In this document: positions 53,696 through 63,896 of the stretch, one piece after another | Layout: each line of letters starts with the position of its first letter | Numbering within the stretch: position 1 is the first letter of the stretch | From: Pseudomonadales bacterium | GTDB taxonomy: Bacteria > Pseudomonadota > Gammaproteobacteria > Pseudomonadales > M0112 | DNA length: 64,000 nt | Reading direction: 5' to 3' | Assembly: GCA_036568505.1 (NCBI GenBank) | Contig: DATCSK010000014.1 | Location: 13,022 to 77,021, forward strand | Notes under the pieces: model-generated | Databases searched by the model: none | What the model saw: only the letters and a program-made list of their open reading frames with translations | What the model was told of the DNA's origin: nothing | Translations under genes and position numbers: made by a program

Positions 53696-54154
53696 ATGAA
53701 AAGCCTTTGGCTGTGTTTGTTGTTGTGTGTGTCAGGGGTGGCGGCTGCCGATGCGGTCGTGCGTGTTGAGTCGCCGCAAGTTCGCGAGACCTTGCCGGCG
53801 CAGACGGTGTCGAGCGCTTATTTGACGGTCATCAACGACGGTGCTGCGGATGCGGTATTGATTGCCGCCAGCAGTGATCGCTCCCCGCGCGTGGAAATTC
53901 ACGAACACCGTCACGACAACGGCATGATGCAAATGCGCAAACTGGAATCCGTTGTGGTGCCTGCACAAGGGCGGCTGGTGTTTGAAACCGGCGGCTTGCA
54001 TCTGATGTTGCTGGACTTGCCGGCTCCACTTCGGGTGGGTGAATCCGTTACGCTGACCTTGCAGTTTCAGGACGGCAGTCAGGTGACGGTGTCAGCGCCG
54101 GTCAATAGCTTGCAGCAAACCCTGCAGGCGCCGGCGCCGAAACATCATCATTAG
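53696..54154 (+). CDS. copper chaperone PCu(A)C (DUF461)
   Basis: CAGGAG SD 6 nt upstream. A signal peptide plus the pattern AYLTVIN...HEH...MMQMR...GGLHLML, typical of PCuAC. Confidence 0.8.
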   Translation: MKSLWLCLLLCVSGVAAADAVVRVESPQVRETLPAQTVSSAYLTVINDGAADAVLIAASSDRSPRVEIHEHRHDNGMMQMRKLESVVVPAQGRLVFETGGLHLMLLDLPAPLRVGESVTLTLQFQDGSQVTVSAPVNSLQQTLQAPAPKHHH

Positions 54155-55146
54155 TTGTTTAATTGCGCCAGCAACTGCGGGAATGCCGCAGCCGGCAGAC
54201 GCGGCCCGTAATGCGTGACGATGTGTGATGCGGCCAGATTGGCCAGTCGTCCGGCATCGGCCCAGCAGTGGCCGTGGGTGATGGCGTAGAGAAACGCACC
54301 GGCAAACATATCGCCGGCGCCGTTGGTATCAATGGCTTTGACAGGGAAACCCGGCACGCGGATCAGCGCGTTGCCATCAAACAGTAAGGCACCTTTCGCA
54401 CCGCAAGTGACGGCAAATGTTTTGGCCGCTTGTTTGAGTGCGGGTATTGCCGCATCCAGGGTGTTGGTGCCGGCCCAGCTCATTGCCTCGGATTCATTGC
54501 AGAACACCATATCGAGTTGCGCGCCGACCATGTCACGCAAGCCATCGCGGAAATGCGCCACGATACCGGGGTCAGAAAAACTGAGCGCTGTTTTAACGCC
54601 GTGTTGTTCGGCCAGTGTGCGGGCATGAATGGCCGCATCACGGCCGGTGGGTGAGGTGACCAGATAGCCTTCAATGTAGAGGTAGTGCGAAGCCTTGAGG
54701 GCGTCCTCGTTAATCTGTTCGCGTGACAAGGTTTCGCTGATGCCGAGAAAGGTATTCATGGTGCGTTCGGCATCGTCGGTAATCATCACCAGGCATTTTC
54801 CTGTGATGCCTTCGGGCAGCGCGCCGTCCGGCGTGGTGACGCCGGCGGTTTTCATGTCGTGAAGATAAAAGCGCCCGTTGTCATCGTCGGCCACTTTGCC
54901 GCTGAAAAAAGCGCGGCCGCCGAACAAGGTGGTGGCGATCACGCTGTTGGCCGCCGAGCCACCACTGGCACGGCGTGCGCCGACCAGATGCGTGCTTAAG
55001 TGTTCCATTAATTCGTGTTGGCGGGCTTCATCCACCAGGGTCATGACGCCTTTGTCGATGCCGGCGCTGGCCAGAAAGGCATCGTTAACCTCAACTTCGG
55101 TATCGACCAGTGCGGCACCGATGCCATAGATGTCGTAGCGTTTCAT
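54151..55146 (-). CDS. PfkB-family carbohydrate/nucleoside kinase (adenosine kinase-like)
   Basis: 331-aa ribokinase fold with the C-terminal DTNGAGDMFAGAFL motif. Confidence 0.8.
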   Translation of the reverse strand: MKRYDIYGIGAALVDTEVEVNDAFLASAGIDKGVMTLVDEARQHELMEHLSTHLVGARRASGGSAANSVIATTLFGGRAFFSGKVADDDNGRFYLHDMKTAGVTTPDGALPEGITGKCLVMITDDAERTMNTFLGISETLSREQINEDALKASHYLYIEGYLVTSPTGRDAAIHARTLAEQHGVKTALSFSDPGIVAHFRDGLRDMVGAQLDMVFCNESEAMSWAGTNTLDAAIPALKQAAKTFAVTCGAKGALLFDGNALIRVPGFPVKAIDTNGAGDMFAGAFLYAITHGHCWADAGRLANLAASHIVTHYGPRLPAAAFPQLLAQLNN

Positions 55147-55241
55147 GATGTGCTCCCGTGTCGAATGGCGGGCAGATTACCTGTCGCGAGGCACGGGCGC
55201 AAACCCGGAGCCTGATGCCGAAATGCTACACTGCGCAGCGC

Positions 55242-57530
55242 ATGAACACTCGCCGCAAAAAAACCGCTCGCCAGACTGCTTCTAAAAAAGCGGGGACCCG
55301 ATATCTTGGGCTAAAAATAGCGCTGGCCTTGTTGGTGGCGGCGGGCGTCGCGCTGGCTTATATCGATGCCATCGTGCAGCACAAATTTGAAGGCAAGAAG
55401 TGGGCATTGCCGGCCAAGGTTTATGCGCGCCCTCTGGAATTGTATGCCGGCCTGACCATTCCTCGGGTCGAACTGTTGCGTGAGTTGCAAGCCTTGGGTT
55501 ATCGGCAGGCCAGTGGCTGGCAAGCCGGCACCTTTCGGGATGCGGGCAATATTCTGCACGTGCACACGCGAGGATTTTCTTTTTCTGACGGCAACGAGCC
55601 GGCGCGGCATTTGCAGCTGCAATGGCAGGGTCCTGTGTTGAGCGCATTGGGCGTTCAGGCGGCGGTGATTCGTCTGGAGCCTTTGCACATTGGCGGTATT
55701 TACCCGGCACATCAGGAAGACCGTTTGTTGGTGCGCATCGATGATGTGCCGCCTTTATTGTTGAAAGCCCTGGTGCAAGTCGAAGACCGCAATTTTTATT
55801 CGCATTGGGGTGTCTCTGTGCGCGGCATTGCACGCGCCATGCTGGTGAACGTGCAAAGTGGCCGATTGGCGCAAGGCGGCAGCACGCTGACGCAGCAGCT
55901 GGTCAAAAACTTTTACCTGAATGCCAAGCGCACCTTGTGGCGCAAAGCGACGGAAGTGGTGATGGCGGTCTTGTTGGAATGCCATTACAGCAAAGAGGCG
56001 ATTCTTGAAACGTATCTGAATGAAGTGTATCTGGGTCAATCCGGTCCGCGCGCCGTGCACGGTTTTGGCTTGGCCAGTCTGCATTATTTCAATCGCCCCG
56101 TGAAAGAGCTGGAGCTGCACCAGATCGCCTTGCTGGTGGGTATTGTGAAAGGCCCGTCGCAATACAATCCGTGGAAGCATCCTGCGCGCGCACTGGAACG
56201 TCGTGACTTGGTGCTCGACATGTTGGCCGAGGAAGGCATTGTGCCGCGCTGGCAAGCGAATGTTGCTAAAGCGCGGGCATTGGATATTGCCGGCAGCACG
56301 CGCGGCGGTCAGCCCGGTTATCCCGCGTTTATCGAATTGGTTTCGCGTCAATTGAAGCAAGATTATCGGGCAGAGGATTTGTCATCCGAAGGACTCGAAA
56401 TCTTTACGTCGTTTGATCCGCGGGTGCAGTGGCAATCGGAGTCGGCGTTAGCGGGCGTGATCGGTCAATTGGAAGTGCGGCATCAATTGGCCGCCGGCAC
56501 CTTGCAAGGCGCTGTGGTGGTGACCAACCCGGTGACGGGTGAAGTACAAGCCATTGTCGGTGGGCGTTCGCCACGGTTTGCCGGCTTTAATCGTGCGCTG
56601 GATGCGACACGGCCCATCGGTTCGACGATCAAGCCGGTCGTGTACCTCACTGCGCTGGAACAGGGTCGCACACTGGCAACGCGCGTTGATGATAGTCCGC
56701 TGCACGTCAAGGGAGCGAAAGGCAGTGTCTGGTCACCTCAGAATTACGACAAAAAAAGCCACGGCGAGGCATTGTTGGTGACGGCTTTGGCGCAATCGTG
56801 GAATCAGTCGACCGCGCGTTTGGGGATGGAACTCGGTGTGCCGCGTGTACTGGCAACGCTGAAGCGACTCGGTGTGCAACGCACATTTGCGCCACTGCCC
56901 TCGGTGTTGCTGGGTTCGATTGCCATGTCGCCGCTGGAAGTGGCCACGCTGTACCAGACGATTGCGGCCGGAGGGTTCCAGGCGCCGCCGCAAGCGATTC
57001 GCGAAGTGCGTGATGCCAAGGGGCGGTCGTTGAGCCGGTATCCGCTGACTTTGGAGCAGAGCGCATCGCCAGAGGCAGTGTTCTTGCTGCAGTACGCCTT
57101 GGTCGGTGCCGTGCGCGAAGGGACCGGTCGCAGCGTGTACAACATTTTACCCTCCGATCGCATTGTGGCCGGCAAAACCGGCACCACGGACGATCAGCGC
57201 GACAGTTGGTTCGCGGGCTTTACCGGTGACCGCCTGGCCGTGGTGTGGCTGGGTCGTGATGACAATCAGCCGACACCGTTGACCGGCAGCAGTGGCGCCT
57301 TGACGGTATGGGGTGAGTTGATGCGTTACAGCGAGCAGAATCTTGATCTGGTGCCGCCGACAGGGGTGCACTTTATTCCGGTGGATCGGTACTCCGGTGC
57401 ACGCACCGGCAGTGCCTGCCCGGATGCCCTGATGTTGCCGTTCGTCAAAGGCAGCGAACCGAAGCAACAGGCGGCATGCCAACGGGAAGGTCGGCCTATT
57501 ATTGATTGGTTGCGGCGATTCATGGAGTGA
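55242..57530 (+). CDS. mrcB: penicillin-binding protein 1B (bifunctional glycosyltransferase/transpeptidase)
   Basis: A basic N-tail and TM helix, a UB2H-like insert, GT51 motifs (EDRNFYSHWG, GGSTLTQQL), then the transpeptidase motifs STIKP, SWN and KTGTT. Start chosen at ATG 55242 (MNTRRKK). Confidence 0.92.
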   Translation: MNTRRKKTARQTASKKAGTRYLGLKIALALLVAAGVALAYIDAIVQHKFEGKKWALPAKVYARPLELYAGLTIPRVELLRELQALGYRQASGWQAGTFRDAGNILHVHTRGFSFSDGNEPARHLQLQWQGPVLSALGVQAAVIRLEPLHIGGIYPAHQEDRLLVRIDDVPPLLLKALVQVEDRNFYSHWGVSVRGIARAMLVNVQSGRLAQGGSTLTQQLVKNFYLNAKRTLWRKATEVVMAVLLECHYSKEAILETYLNEVYLGQSGPRAVHGFGLASLHYFNRPVKELELHQIALLVGIVKGPSQYNPWKHPARALERRDLVLDMLAEEGIVPRWQANVAKARALDIAGSTRGGQPGYPAFIELVSRQLKQDYRAEDLSSEGLEIFTSFDPRVQWQSESALAGVIGQLEVRHQLAAGTLQGAVVVTNPVTGEVQAIVGGRSPRFAGFNRALDATRPIGSTIKPVVYLTALEQGRTLATRVDDSPLHVKGAKGSVWSPQNYDKKSHGEALLVTALAQSWNQSTARLGMELGVPRVLATLKRLGVQRTFAPLPSVLLGSIAMSPLEVATLYQTIAAGGFQAPPQAIREVRDAKGRSLSRYPLTLEQSASPEAVFLLQYALVGAVREGTGRSVYNILPSDRIVAGKTGTTDDQRDSWFAGFTGDRLAVVWLGRDDNQPTPLTGSSGALTVWGELMRYSEQNLDLVPPTGVHFIPVDRYSGARTGSACPDALMLPFVKGSEPKQQAACQREGRPIIDWLRRFME

Positions 57531-57579
57531 ACAGGTCTGCGGCGGGTAGAATGACGCTTTGTCGTTGCGGTGCTATGGA

Positions 57580-58092
57580 ATGATGGTCTGTCTGCGTATT
57601 GTATTTCCAGGAGTGACGAAAGCGTTGCTGTTGGTGCTGAGCATCAGCACGCTGTTTGCCTGCTCGTCATCGTCAACGGTGTCGCCTTCATCGCAGCCAT
57701 CGGTGACCTCGCCGAGTGCATCTTCACCGCCTTTGCCCATGCCGCCGGTCAGTGCGCCGGTCGTGCGCCAGCCCAATGCGGCGGCACAAACATTGCTGGC
57801 GCAGGCAGCGACTTATCGCGCCCGAGCGGATTTCGCAACGGCGGCTTCGTTGTTGGAGCGCGCGGTGCGCATTGCACCGAATGAGCCGGAGCCCTATGCC
57901 GCTCTCGCGCATCTGCGTCTGGAACAGAATCGCCCGCGAGAAGCCGAGCAAATGGCATTGAAGGCCGCTAATTTGAGCGGATTGTCCAGCGAGGAGCGTG
58001 AGCGTTTGTGGTATCTGGTGGCCGAATGCCGTGACCGGCAAGGCCATCGTGATGACGCGAATGAAGCACGCGCTCGCGCGATGGCCGATTGA
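57580..58092 (+). CDS. TPR lipoprotein, LpoP-like (candidate PBP1B activator)
   Basis: Lipobox LFAC, a Ser/Pro-rich disordered linker, then a TPR-like helical domain. It lies immediately downstream of mrcB, as described for P. aeruginosa LpoP. Start chosen at ATG 57580. Confidence 0.65.
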   Translation: MMVCLRIVFPGVTKALLLVLSISTLFACSSSSTVSPSSQPSVTSPSASSPPLPMPPVSAPVVRQPNAAAQTLLAQAATYRARADFATAASLLERAVRIAPNEPEPYAALAHLRLEQNRPREAEQMALKAANLSGLSSEERERLWYLVAECRDRQGHRDDANEARARAMAD

Positions 58093-58102
58093 GGCGTCAC
58101 GC

Positions 58103-58726
58103 ATGTTGCAATTAGCGCACCTCTCAACGCGTCTTGCGCAGTATCGGCCCCAGCGTCGCTATGCGTCGTATGCGCTGCGATTGGCCGCGGTTGCGCTGAT
58201 CGTGCGTGAACATCCCGAGCGCGGGCTGGAAGTGTTGATGATCGAGCGTTCGCACCGCAAGGGCGATCCGTGGTCGGGGCATATGGCATTTCCCGGCGGG
58301 GTCAGTGAGCGGTGCGATGTGAATCCGCTGGCAACAGCCTGGCGCGAAACCAAAGAAGAAACGTCGATTGATCTTCGTGAGTTGCGATGCCTTGGGCATT
58401 TATCGGAACTGCGTACGCACACGCGTCAACGGGGTGCGCATGCCAGTTTGCGCATTCGGCCGTATGTGTTTTCAGTCAATTTGCCGCTGTCCATTCAATT
58501 GAACCACGAGGCGGTTGACAGTATTTGGCTGCCGCTGAACTATTTGGCCGATAGCGCGAATCGTGAGCACATGCAGTGGCGCTGGAAGGGGCGCGATGTG
58601 CCACTGCCTTGTTATCACTACCAAGAAAAGCGTGTGTGGGGTTTGTCATTGCAGATGCTGGATGAATTGCTGGAAGTGCTCGGCTGGCATCAGCGCAAAG
58701 CGCTTAGACATCCAGCGCCACGCTGA
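58103..58726 (+). CDS. Nudix hydrolase, CoA pyrophosphatase-like
   Basis: MIERSHRKGDPWSGHMAFPGG...AWRETKEETS matches the CoA-pyrophosphatase type Nudix box. Start set at ATG 58103, after the upstream stop. Confidence 0.8.
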   Translation: MLQLAHLSTRLAQYRPQRRYASYALRLAAVALIVREHPERGLEVLMIERSHRKGDPWSGHMAFPGGVSERCDVNPLATAWRETKEETSIDLRELRCLGHLSELRTHTRQRGAHASLRIRPYVFSVNLPLSIQLNHEAVDSIWLPLNYLADSANREHMQWRWKGRDVPLPCYHYQEKRVWGLSLQMLDELLEVLGWHQRKALRHPAPR

Positions 58727-59474
58727 TCAGTTTTAAACCCACCACAATGGTGACGCCTTCAAAGGTGCGTTTGATAAACACATTGCCACGGGTGATGGAC
58801 AGGTGCGCACCGAGATAACCACCAAGCAGCGAGCCGGCCAGCAAGGCCGGCAGCCAGCTCCATTGCACGGGCGCTTGCAGCGCCAGCGTGATCGCGCCGG
58901 TGCTGTTCCAGAAGAGGCCGACCAGAATCAAGGTGTGTGCAACGGCTTGTTTGTAATCGAAACCAAACCAGCGAATCAGCCACAAAGTTAAAAATAATCC
59001 GGTGCCGGACGTGAGTGAGCCGTTCAGGAAGCCAATGCCAAAAATGACGAGTGCGCCGACGATCAGGCCGCGTGTGTCGCGATGCTCGGGCTGTGCTTGC
59101 AAGCCCAGTGCCGGCTTGAATGCCGAATACACACCAAGGCCTGCGGTCAGCAGGCCCAATGCCAGCTTGGCAATGGACTCGGGGACTAACAAGATGGTAT
59201 TGGCACCGGTGATAACGCCCGGCAGGCCGGCCATTAACACCGCGAGCGTGGTGTTGCGGTCAAGGCGTGAGCTTTGCCAGTGCCGCAAGGTGGCGCCCAC
59301 GCCCAAAGCAACGCTCGCAATTTTGTGAGTGGCGAGTGCGGTGGCAAACGATAAGCCAAGAAAAATAATGACGGGCAGCTGGATCAAGCCCGCGCCACCG
59401 CCGGCAACCGCCGACAACGCATTGGACGTTACGGCAACCAAAAACAAGATTGCCTGCAACAACCCTTCACTCAT
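58704..59474 (-). CDS. TauE/SafE-family (DUF81) anion exporter
   Basis: 256-aa polytopic membrane protein with duplicated 4-TM halves. 4-nt coupled to hemL. Confidence 0.8.
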   Translation of the reverse strand: MSEGLLQAILFLVAVTSNALSAVAGGGAGLIQLPVIIFLGLSFATALATHKIASVALGVGATLRHWQSSRLDRNTTLAVLMAGLPGVITGANTILLVPESIAKLALGLLTAGLGVYSAFKPALGLQAQPEHRDTRGLIVGALVIFGIGFLNGSLTSGTGLFLTLWLIRWFGFDYKQAVAHTLILVGLFWNSTGAITLALQAPVQWSWLPALLAGSLLGGYLGAHLSITRGNVFIKRTFEGVTIVVGLKLISVALDV

Positions 59475-60757
59475 GATGCGAGGTCGTGAAAGGCATCGCG
59501 GGCATGATGGAGGGTGGTATCGATGTGCGATTGCGTGTGCGCAGCCGACACAAAGCCGGCTTCAAATGCCGACGGTGCCAGATACACGCCGCGATCGAGC
59601 ATGGCGTGAAAGAACTTCTGGAATCGATCGACGTGGCAGGCGGTGGCTTGTGCATAGTGATCAATGCGCGCGGCTTCGGTGAAGAACACGCCAAACATAC
59701 CGCCCACGGCGCGCGTGAACAGCGGTACGCCGGCCTCGTCGGCGGCTTGTTGAAGGCCGTGCGTGAGGGCTAGCGTTTTCTCGCTTAATGCGTCAAAAAA
59801 ACCAGGAGCCTGAATGGCGCGCAAAGTGGCAAGACCGGCTGCCATGGCGACCGGATTGCCCGACAAGGTGCCTGCCTGATACACGGGGCCTACGGGAGAG
59901 AGATGCTGCATGATGTCGGTGCGACCTCCAAAAGCGCCGACGGGCATGCCGCCGCCAATCACTTTGCCGAGCGTCGTTAAATCCGGGCGAATACCGTACA
60001 GCGCTTGTGCACCGCCTAAGGCCACGCGAAAGCCGGTCATCACCTCATCAAAAATCAATACGCTGCCGTATTCGTCGCAGACTTTGCGCAAGCCCTCAAG
60101 AAAGCCGGGCAATGGCGGGATGCAATTCATGTTGCCCGCTACCGGTTCAACAATAATGCAGGCGATGTGTTGGCCGTGTTCACGAAAGGCGGTGCGGACG
60201 CTTTCAAGGTCGTTGTACGTCAGCGTCAGGGTTTTGTCGGCAAAACTGGCGGGCACGCCGGGTGAGGTCGGCTGTCCCAGTGTGAGTGCGCCGGAGCCTG
60301 CTTTCACCAGCAAGCTGTCGGCATGACCGTGATAGCAGCCTTCGAATTTCACAATCAGATCACGGCCGGTAAAGCCGCGTGCCAAACGGATGGCGCTCAT
60401 GGTGGCTTCCGTGCCGGAGCTGACCATGCGGACTTGCTCAATAGAGGGCATCAAGGCATTGATCTGTTCGGCCATGGTCACTTCGAGTTCACACGGCGCC
60501 CCAAAACTCAGTCCTTTTGCCGCGGCCTCGGCGACGGCAGTCAAAATGAGCGGGTGCGCGTGGCCGAGAATCATCGGCCCCCAGGAGCCGACATAATCAA
60601 TGTACTGGCGGCCATCGACATCGGTCAGGCAGGCACCTTCAGCGCGTTCAAAAAAAACCGGCTCACCCCCCACGCCACGAAAGGCGCGCACCGGCGAATT
60701 GACGCCGCCGGGAATACGACGCTGGGCGCGTTCAAACAGATCGTGGGATCGGGACAT
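59471..60757 (-). CDS. hemL: glutamate-1-semialdehyde 2,1-aminomutase
   Basis: [20 protein letters not shown] and [16 protein letters not shown] motifs. 428 aa. Confidence 0.96.
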   Translation of the reverse strand: MSRSHDLFERAQRRIPGGVNSPVRAFRGVGGEPVFFERAEGACLTDVDGRQYIDYVGSWGPMILGHAHPLILTAVAEAAAKGLSFGAPCELEVTMAEQINALMPSIEQVRMVSSGTEATMSAIRLARGFTGRDLIVKFEGCYHGHADSLLVKAGSGALTLGQPTSPGVPASFADKTLTLTYNDLESVRTAFREHGQHIACIIVEPVAGNMNCIPPLPGFLEGLRKVCDEYGSVLIFDEVMTGFRVALGGAQALYGIRPDLTTLGKVIGGGMPVGAFGGRTDIMQHLSPVGPVYQAGTLSGNPVAMAAGLATLRAIQAPGFFDALSEKTLALTHGLQQAADEAGVPLFTRAVGGMFGVFFTEAARIDHYAQATACHVDRFQKFFHAMLDRGVYLAPSAFEAGFVSAAHTQSHIDTTLHHARDAFHDLAS

Positions 60758-60769
60758 ATCAAGCTCCAG

Positions 60770-61192
60770 TTAATACGGTTTGACGACTGCGAGAACGACC
60801 GCGCCGAACAATATCAGCACCGGAACCTCATTAAACCAGCGGTAGAACACATGGCCGTGGGTGTTGCGATCATCACGCAATGCTTTCAGGTAATGCCCGC
60901 AGAGCAGGTGGTAACCCGTCAGCACGATAACCAGCAGTAATTTGGTGTGAAACCAGCCCGCCTTCAGGTAGTAATCCGGGTTGTGCAGCACCATGGCGAT
61001 ACCAAAGCCCCAGACCAACACCAGCGAGGGCCAGGCAATGCCGCGATACAGCTTGCGCTCCATCACCTTGAAGCGCTCCCGCGAAGGCGCGTCATCGCTC
61101 ATGGCGTGATAAACAAACAGGCGCGGCAGGTAGAACAGTGCGGCAAACCAGCACACCACGAAAATCAGATGAAAGGCTTTCAGCCAGAGCAT
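60770..61192 (-). CDS. hemJ: protoporphyrinogen IX oxidase HemJ (UPF0093)
   Basis: MLWLKAFHLIFVVCWFAALFYLPRLFVYH is the HemJ signature. 140 aa, 4 TM. Confidence 0.85.
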   Translation of the reverse strand: MLWLKAFHLIFVVCWFAALFYLPRLFVYHAMSDDAPSRERFKVMERKLYRGIAWPSLVLVWGFGIAMVLHNPDYYLKAGWFHTKLLLVIVLTGYHLLCGHYLKALRDDRNTHGHVFYRWFNEVPVLILFGAVVLAVVKPY

Positions 61193-61277
61193 GAGGGGTA
61201 CCGCTAACGGTTAAGGCCAGCTGACATTATAATCGGTGATGTTGCTTCCCAGCCATTGGATAGATCAGGAGTCTCAA

Positions 61278-62309
61278 GTGATCAAGGTCGGTATTGTTGG
61301 TGCTACGGGATACACAGGCGCCGAGCTATTGCGTATTCTGTGTAATCACCCGCAGGTACAGGTCGTTGCTATTACGTCACGCGGCGATGCGGGCCTGCCG
61401 GTGGCCGAGTTGTATCCGGGATTGCGGGGCCGGGTGGCTCTTGCCTTTGTCGAGCCGTCGGTGGATGCATTGGCCGCTTGCGATGTGGTGTTTTTTGCAA
61501 CGCCGCACTGCGTGGCCATGGAGTCGGTGCCCGAATTGCTTGCGGCCGGCAAGGTGGTGATTGATTTGTCGGCGGATTTCCGCATCAAGGATGCCGCGCT
61601 CTGGGAGCGCTGGTACGGTCATGCGCACACTGCGCAGGACGCGCTCAAACGTGCCGTTTATGCGCTACCAGAAATTCATCGGGATGCCATTAAAACCGCA
61701 CAGCTGATTGCTTGCCCGGGCTGTTACCCTACGGCGGTGCAGCTGGGATTTATGCCTTTGCTTGAAGCGGGCGTGATTGATAGCTTCAGCCTGATTGCCA
61801 ATGCCGGCTCGGGCGTGAGCGGTGCGGGTCGGCAGGCCAAGGTAGCCAACCTGTTTACGGAAGTGCACGACAGTTTCAAAGCGTATGGCGTGAGCGGCCA
61901 CCGGCATCTGCCGGAAATTGAGCAAGGCCTGAATGGCATGAGCAAGACACCGGTGCAGCTGACCTTTGTGCCGCATCTGGTGCCGATGATTCGCGGCATT
62001 CATGCCACGCTGTATGCCACGCTCACCGACACCTCGGTCGATCTGCAAGCGCTGTTCGAGGCGCGTTATAGCGATGAGCCGTTCGTCGATGTGTTGCCTG
62101 CCGGCGCGCATCCGGAGACCCGTAGCGTCAAAGGCATTAATACCTGCCGTCTGGCCGTGCATCGTCCGCAGAACCGCAATACGGTGGTGGTGTTGTCGGT
62201 TATCGACAACCTGACCAAAGGTGCTGCGGGGCAGGCTGTGCAGGCAATGAATATCCGGTTTGGCCTGGATGAAACCGAAGGCTTGCTGCATGCAGCATTG
62301 ATGCCGTAA
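61278..62309 (+). CDS. argC: N-acetyl-gamma-glutamyl-phosphate reductase
   Basis: [20 protein letters not shown] and the catalytic GCYPT. I prefer GTG 61278 (AGGAG SD 6 nt upstream) over the ORF-track start at 61236. Confidence 0.93.
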   Translation: MIKVGIVGATGYTGAELLRILCNHPQVQVVAITSRGDAGLPVAELYPGLRGRVALAFVEPSVDALAACDVVFFATPHCVAMESVPELLAAGKVVIDLSADFRIKDAALWERWYGHAHTAQDALKRAVYALPEIHRDAIKTAQLIACPGCYPTAVQLGFMPLLEAGVIDSFSLIANAGSGVSGAGRQAKVANLFTEVHDSFKAYGVSGHRHLPEIEQGLNGMSKTPVQLTFVPHLVPMIRGIHATLYATLTDTSVDLQALFEARYSDEPFVDVLPAGAHPETRSVKGINTCRLAVHRPQNRNTVVVLSVIDNLTKGAAGQAVQAMNIRFGLDETEGLLHAALMP

Positions 62310-62311
62310 CC

Positions 62312-63034
62312 ATGGCACCGCCGACACATGCATCGTCACCGGAGCGCGTGGTCGTTCACTACGACCCCAGGCGTCGTCAGCGTCGGCGTTTGGTGCTGGT
62401 GGTATCGATTGTGTTGTCGATGACGGTTGGCTTTTGGTTGGGTGATGCGCAGTTGGTGCTGCAAATCAAAGATCGGTATCGGCTCTCCACCCGTGCGAAT
62501 CTGTTGCAAGAGGATTTGGCCAAAGCCCAAGGCGCTCAAGCCGCACTGGAGTTGAGCCTTGCGGTTGAGCAACAAAGCGCCGAGGCCTTGCGAAAAACCA
62601 TTATGGATTTGCAGGATCAGGTCGAGGGTTTGCAGCAGGAAATTAATTTTTACCAAGGCCTGATGGCACCTGAAGCGCGGCAGCGGGGATTGGGGGTGCG
62701 ATCGTTGGAGTTTATTCCCACCGAAAATCCGCGCGTCTATGATTACGTGTTAATGCTGCAGCAATTGGCGGGTCCGCACAGTACGATCAGCGGTAAAGTT
62801 CAGCTGCACGTATCGGGGCGGATGGACGGCCAGCCGGAAACCTTGGAATGGGTGACCCTGGCCCCGCAGAAACAATTGTCGGGCCAGCCCTTTAAGTTTC
62901 GCTATTTCCAGAAGTTGGAAGGGCATCTCACCTTGCCGGTTGGTTTTCTGCCAGAGTCCGTATTGGTGAGCGTGAAGGGCAAGGGCAGCAATGTGGAGCA
63001 GAAGCTAGACTGGCGTCTGCGTGGAGGGAATTGA
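62312..63034 (+). CDS. hypothetical single-pass membrane protein with coiled-coil region
   Basis: An Arg-rich N-tail, one TM (LVLVVSIVLSMTVGFWL), a coiled coil and a C-terminal beta-rich domain. Its stop abuts the bactofilin ATG (TGAATG). Confidence 0.65.
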   Translation: MAPPTHASSPERVVVHYDPRRRQRRRLVLVVSIVLSMTVGFWLGDAQLVLQIKDRYRLSTRANLLQEDLAKAQGAQAALELSLAVEQQSAEALRKTIMDLQDQVEGLQQEINFYQGLMAPEARQRGLGVRSLEFIPTENPRVYDYVLMLQQLAGPHSTISGKVQLHVSGRMDGQPETLEWVTLAPQKQLSGQPFKFRYFQKLEGHLTLPVGFLPESVLVSVKGKGSNVEQKLDWRLRGGN

Positions 63035-63445
63035 ATGTTTAATAAGGATAAGACGATGAAATCGGCAAACGGCGGCAACCATCACACGACCCTGATATCG
63101 GCCGATACCGAGATGGTCGGCGATATTCACTTTGCGGGCAGTCTTGAGATCGAAGGCAAAGTGCGCGGCAATATTCTGGCCACGGCAGGACAAGAGGCGA
63201 TTGTGCGCGTGCTGGGCAGCGGACTGGTTGAGGGTGACATTACCGCGCCAACGGTGATCATCAACGGAGCGGTCAAAGGTAATGTGCATGCGAGCGCACA
63301 TGTGGAGTTGGCAGCCAATGCCCGTGTGGCAGGCAACATTCATTACACCGTGGTGGAAATGGTCAAAGGTGCGCAGATCAACGGCAGCTTGATTTACGCG
63401 GCACATAACAAGCCGGGGTTGAAGGTCGCCGCGGACAATTCTTGA
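63035..63445 (+). CDS. bactofilin-family cytoskeletal protein
   Basis: 136 aa with a repetitive beta-helix pattern (GDIHFAGSLEIEGKVRGNI...GDITAPTVIINGAVKGNVHAS...VAGNIHY), typical of the DUF583/bactofilin family. Confidence 0.85.
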   Translation: MFNKDKTMKSANGGNHHTTLISADTEMVGDIHFAGSLEIEGKVRGNILATAGQEAIVRVLGSGLVEGDITAPTVIINGAVKGNVHASAHVELAANARVAGNIHYTVVEMVKGAQINGSLIYAAHNKPGLKVAADNS

Positions 63446-63526
63446 CTATTTAACTTGGTTATTGCAGCATAGAGTGTGCCTTTTTTTGTAGGCTTCAGAT
63501 TAACTATTTGTTTTATAAAGGTTTTT

Positions 63527-63880
63527 ATGGGTGCTGCCGCAGCAATAGACAATATGCCCTTGCTGGTGACCGATCAGGCCGTGCACAAGGTCAAGCGTTT
63601 GCTGGAGGAAGAAGGCAATCCGGCACTGCGTCTGCGCGTGTTTGTAACCGGTGGCGGTTGCTCGGGCTTTCAGTACGGATTCACGTTTGATGAGTTGATG
63701 GCTGACGACGACACGCTGATCGAAAAAGACGGTGTTGGTGTGTTGGTGGATTCGCTCAGCATTCAGTATTTGGCCGGCTCCGAAGTGGATTACAGCGAAG
63801 GGCTCGAAGGTTCACGCTTTGTGATTCGCAACCCCAATGCAGCCACAACCTGCGGTTGCGGGTCGTCTTTTTCAGTCTAG
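63527..63880 (+). CDS. erpA: iron-sulfur cluster insertion protein ErpA
   Basis: [19 protein letters not shown] and the C-terminal [16 protein letters not shown] upstream of ATG 63527. Confidence 0.92.
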   Translation: MGAAAAIDNMPLLVTDQAVHKVKRLLEEEGNPALRLRVFVTGGGCSGFQYGFTFDELMADDDTLIEKDGVGVLVDSLSIQYLAGSEVDYSEGLEGSRFVIRNPNAATTCGCGSSFSV

Positions 63881-63896
63881 TGTTTTGACGCGCCAC

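Noticed and set aside
61665-62339. 224-aa minus-strand ORF.
   Set aside because: It is antisense to argC, which is unambiguous. No domain or SD.
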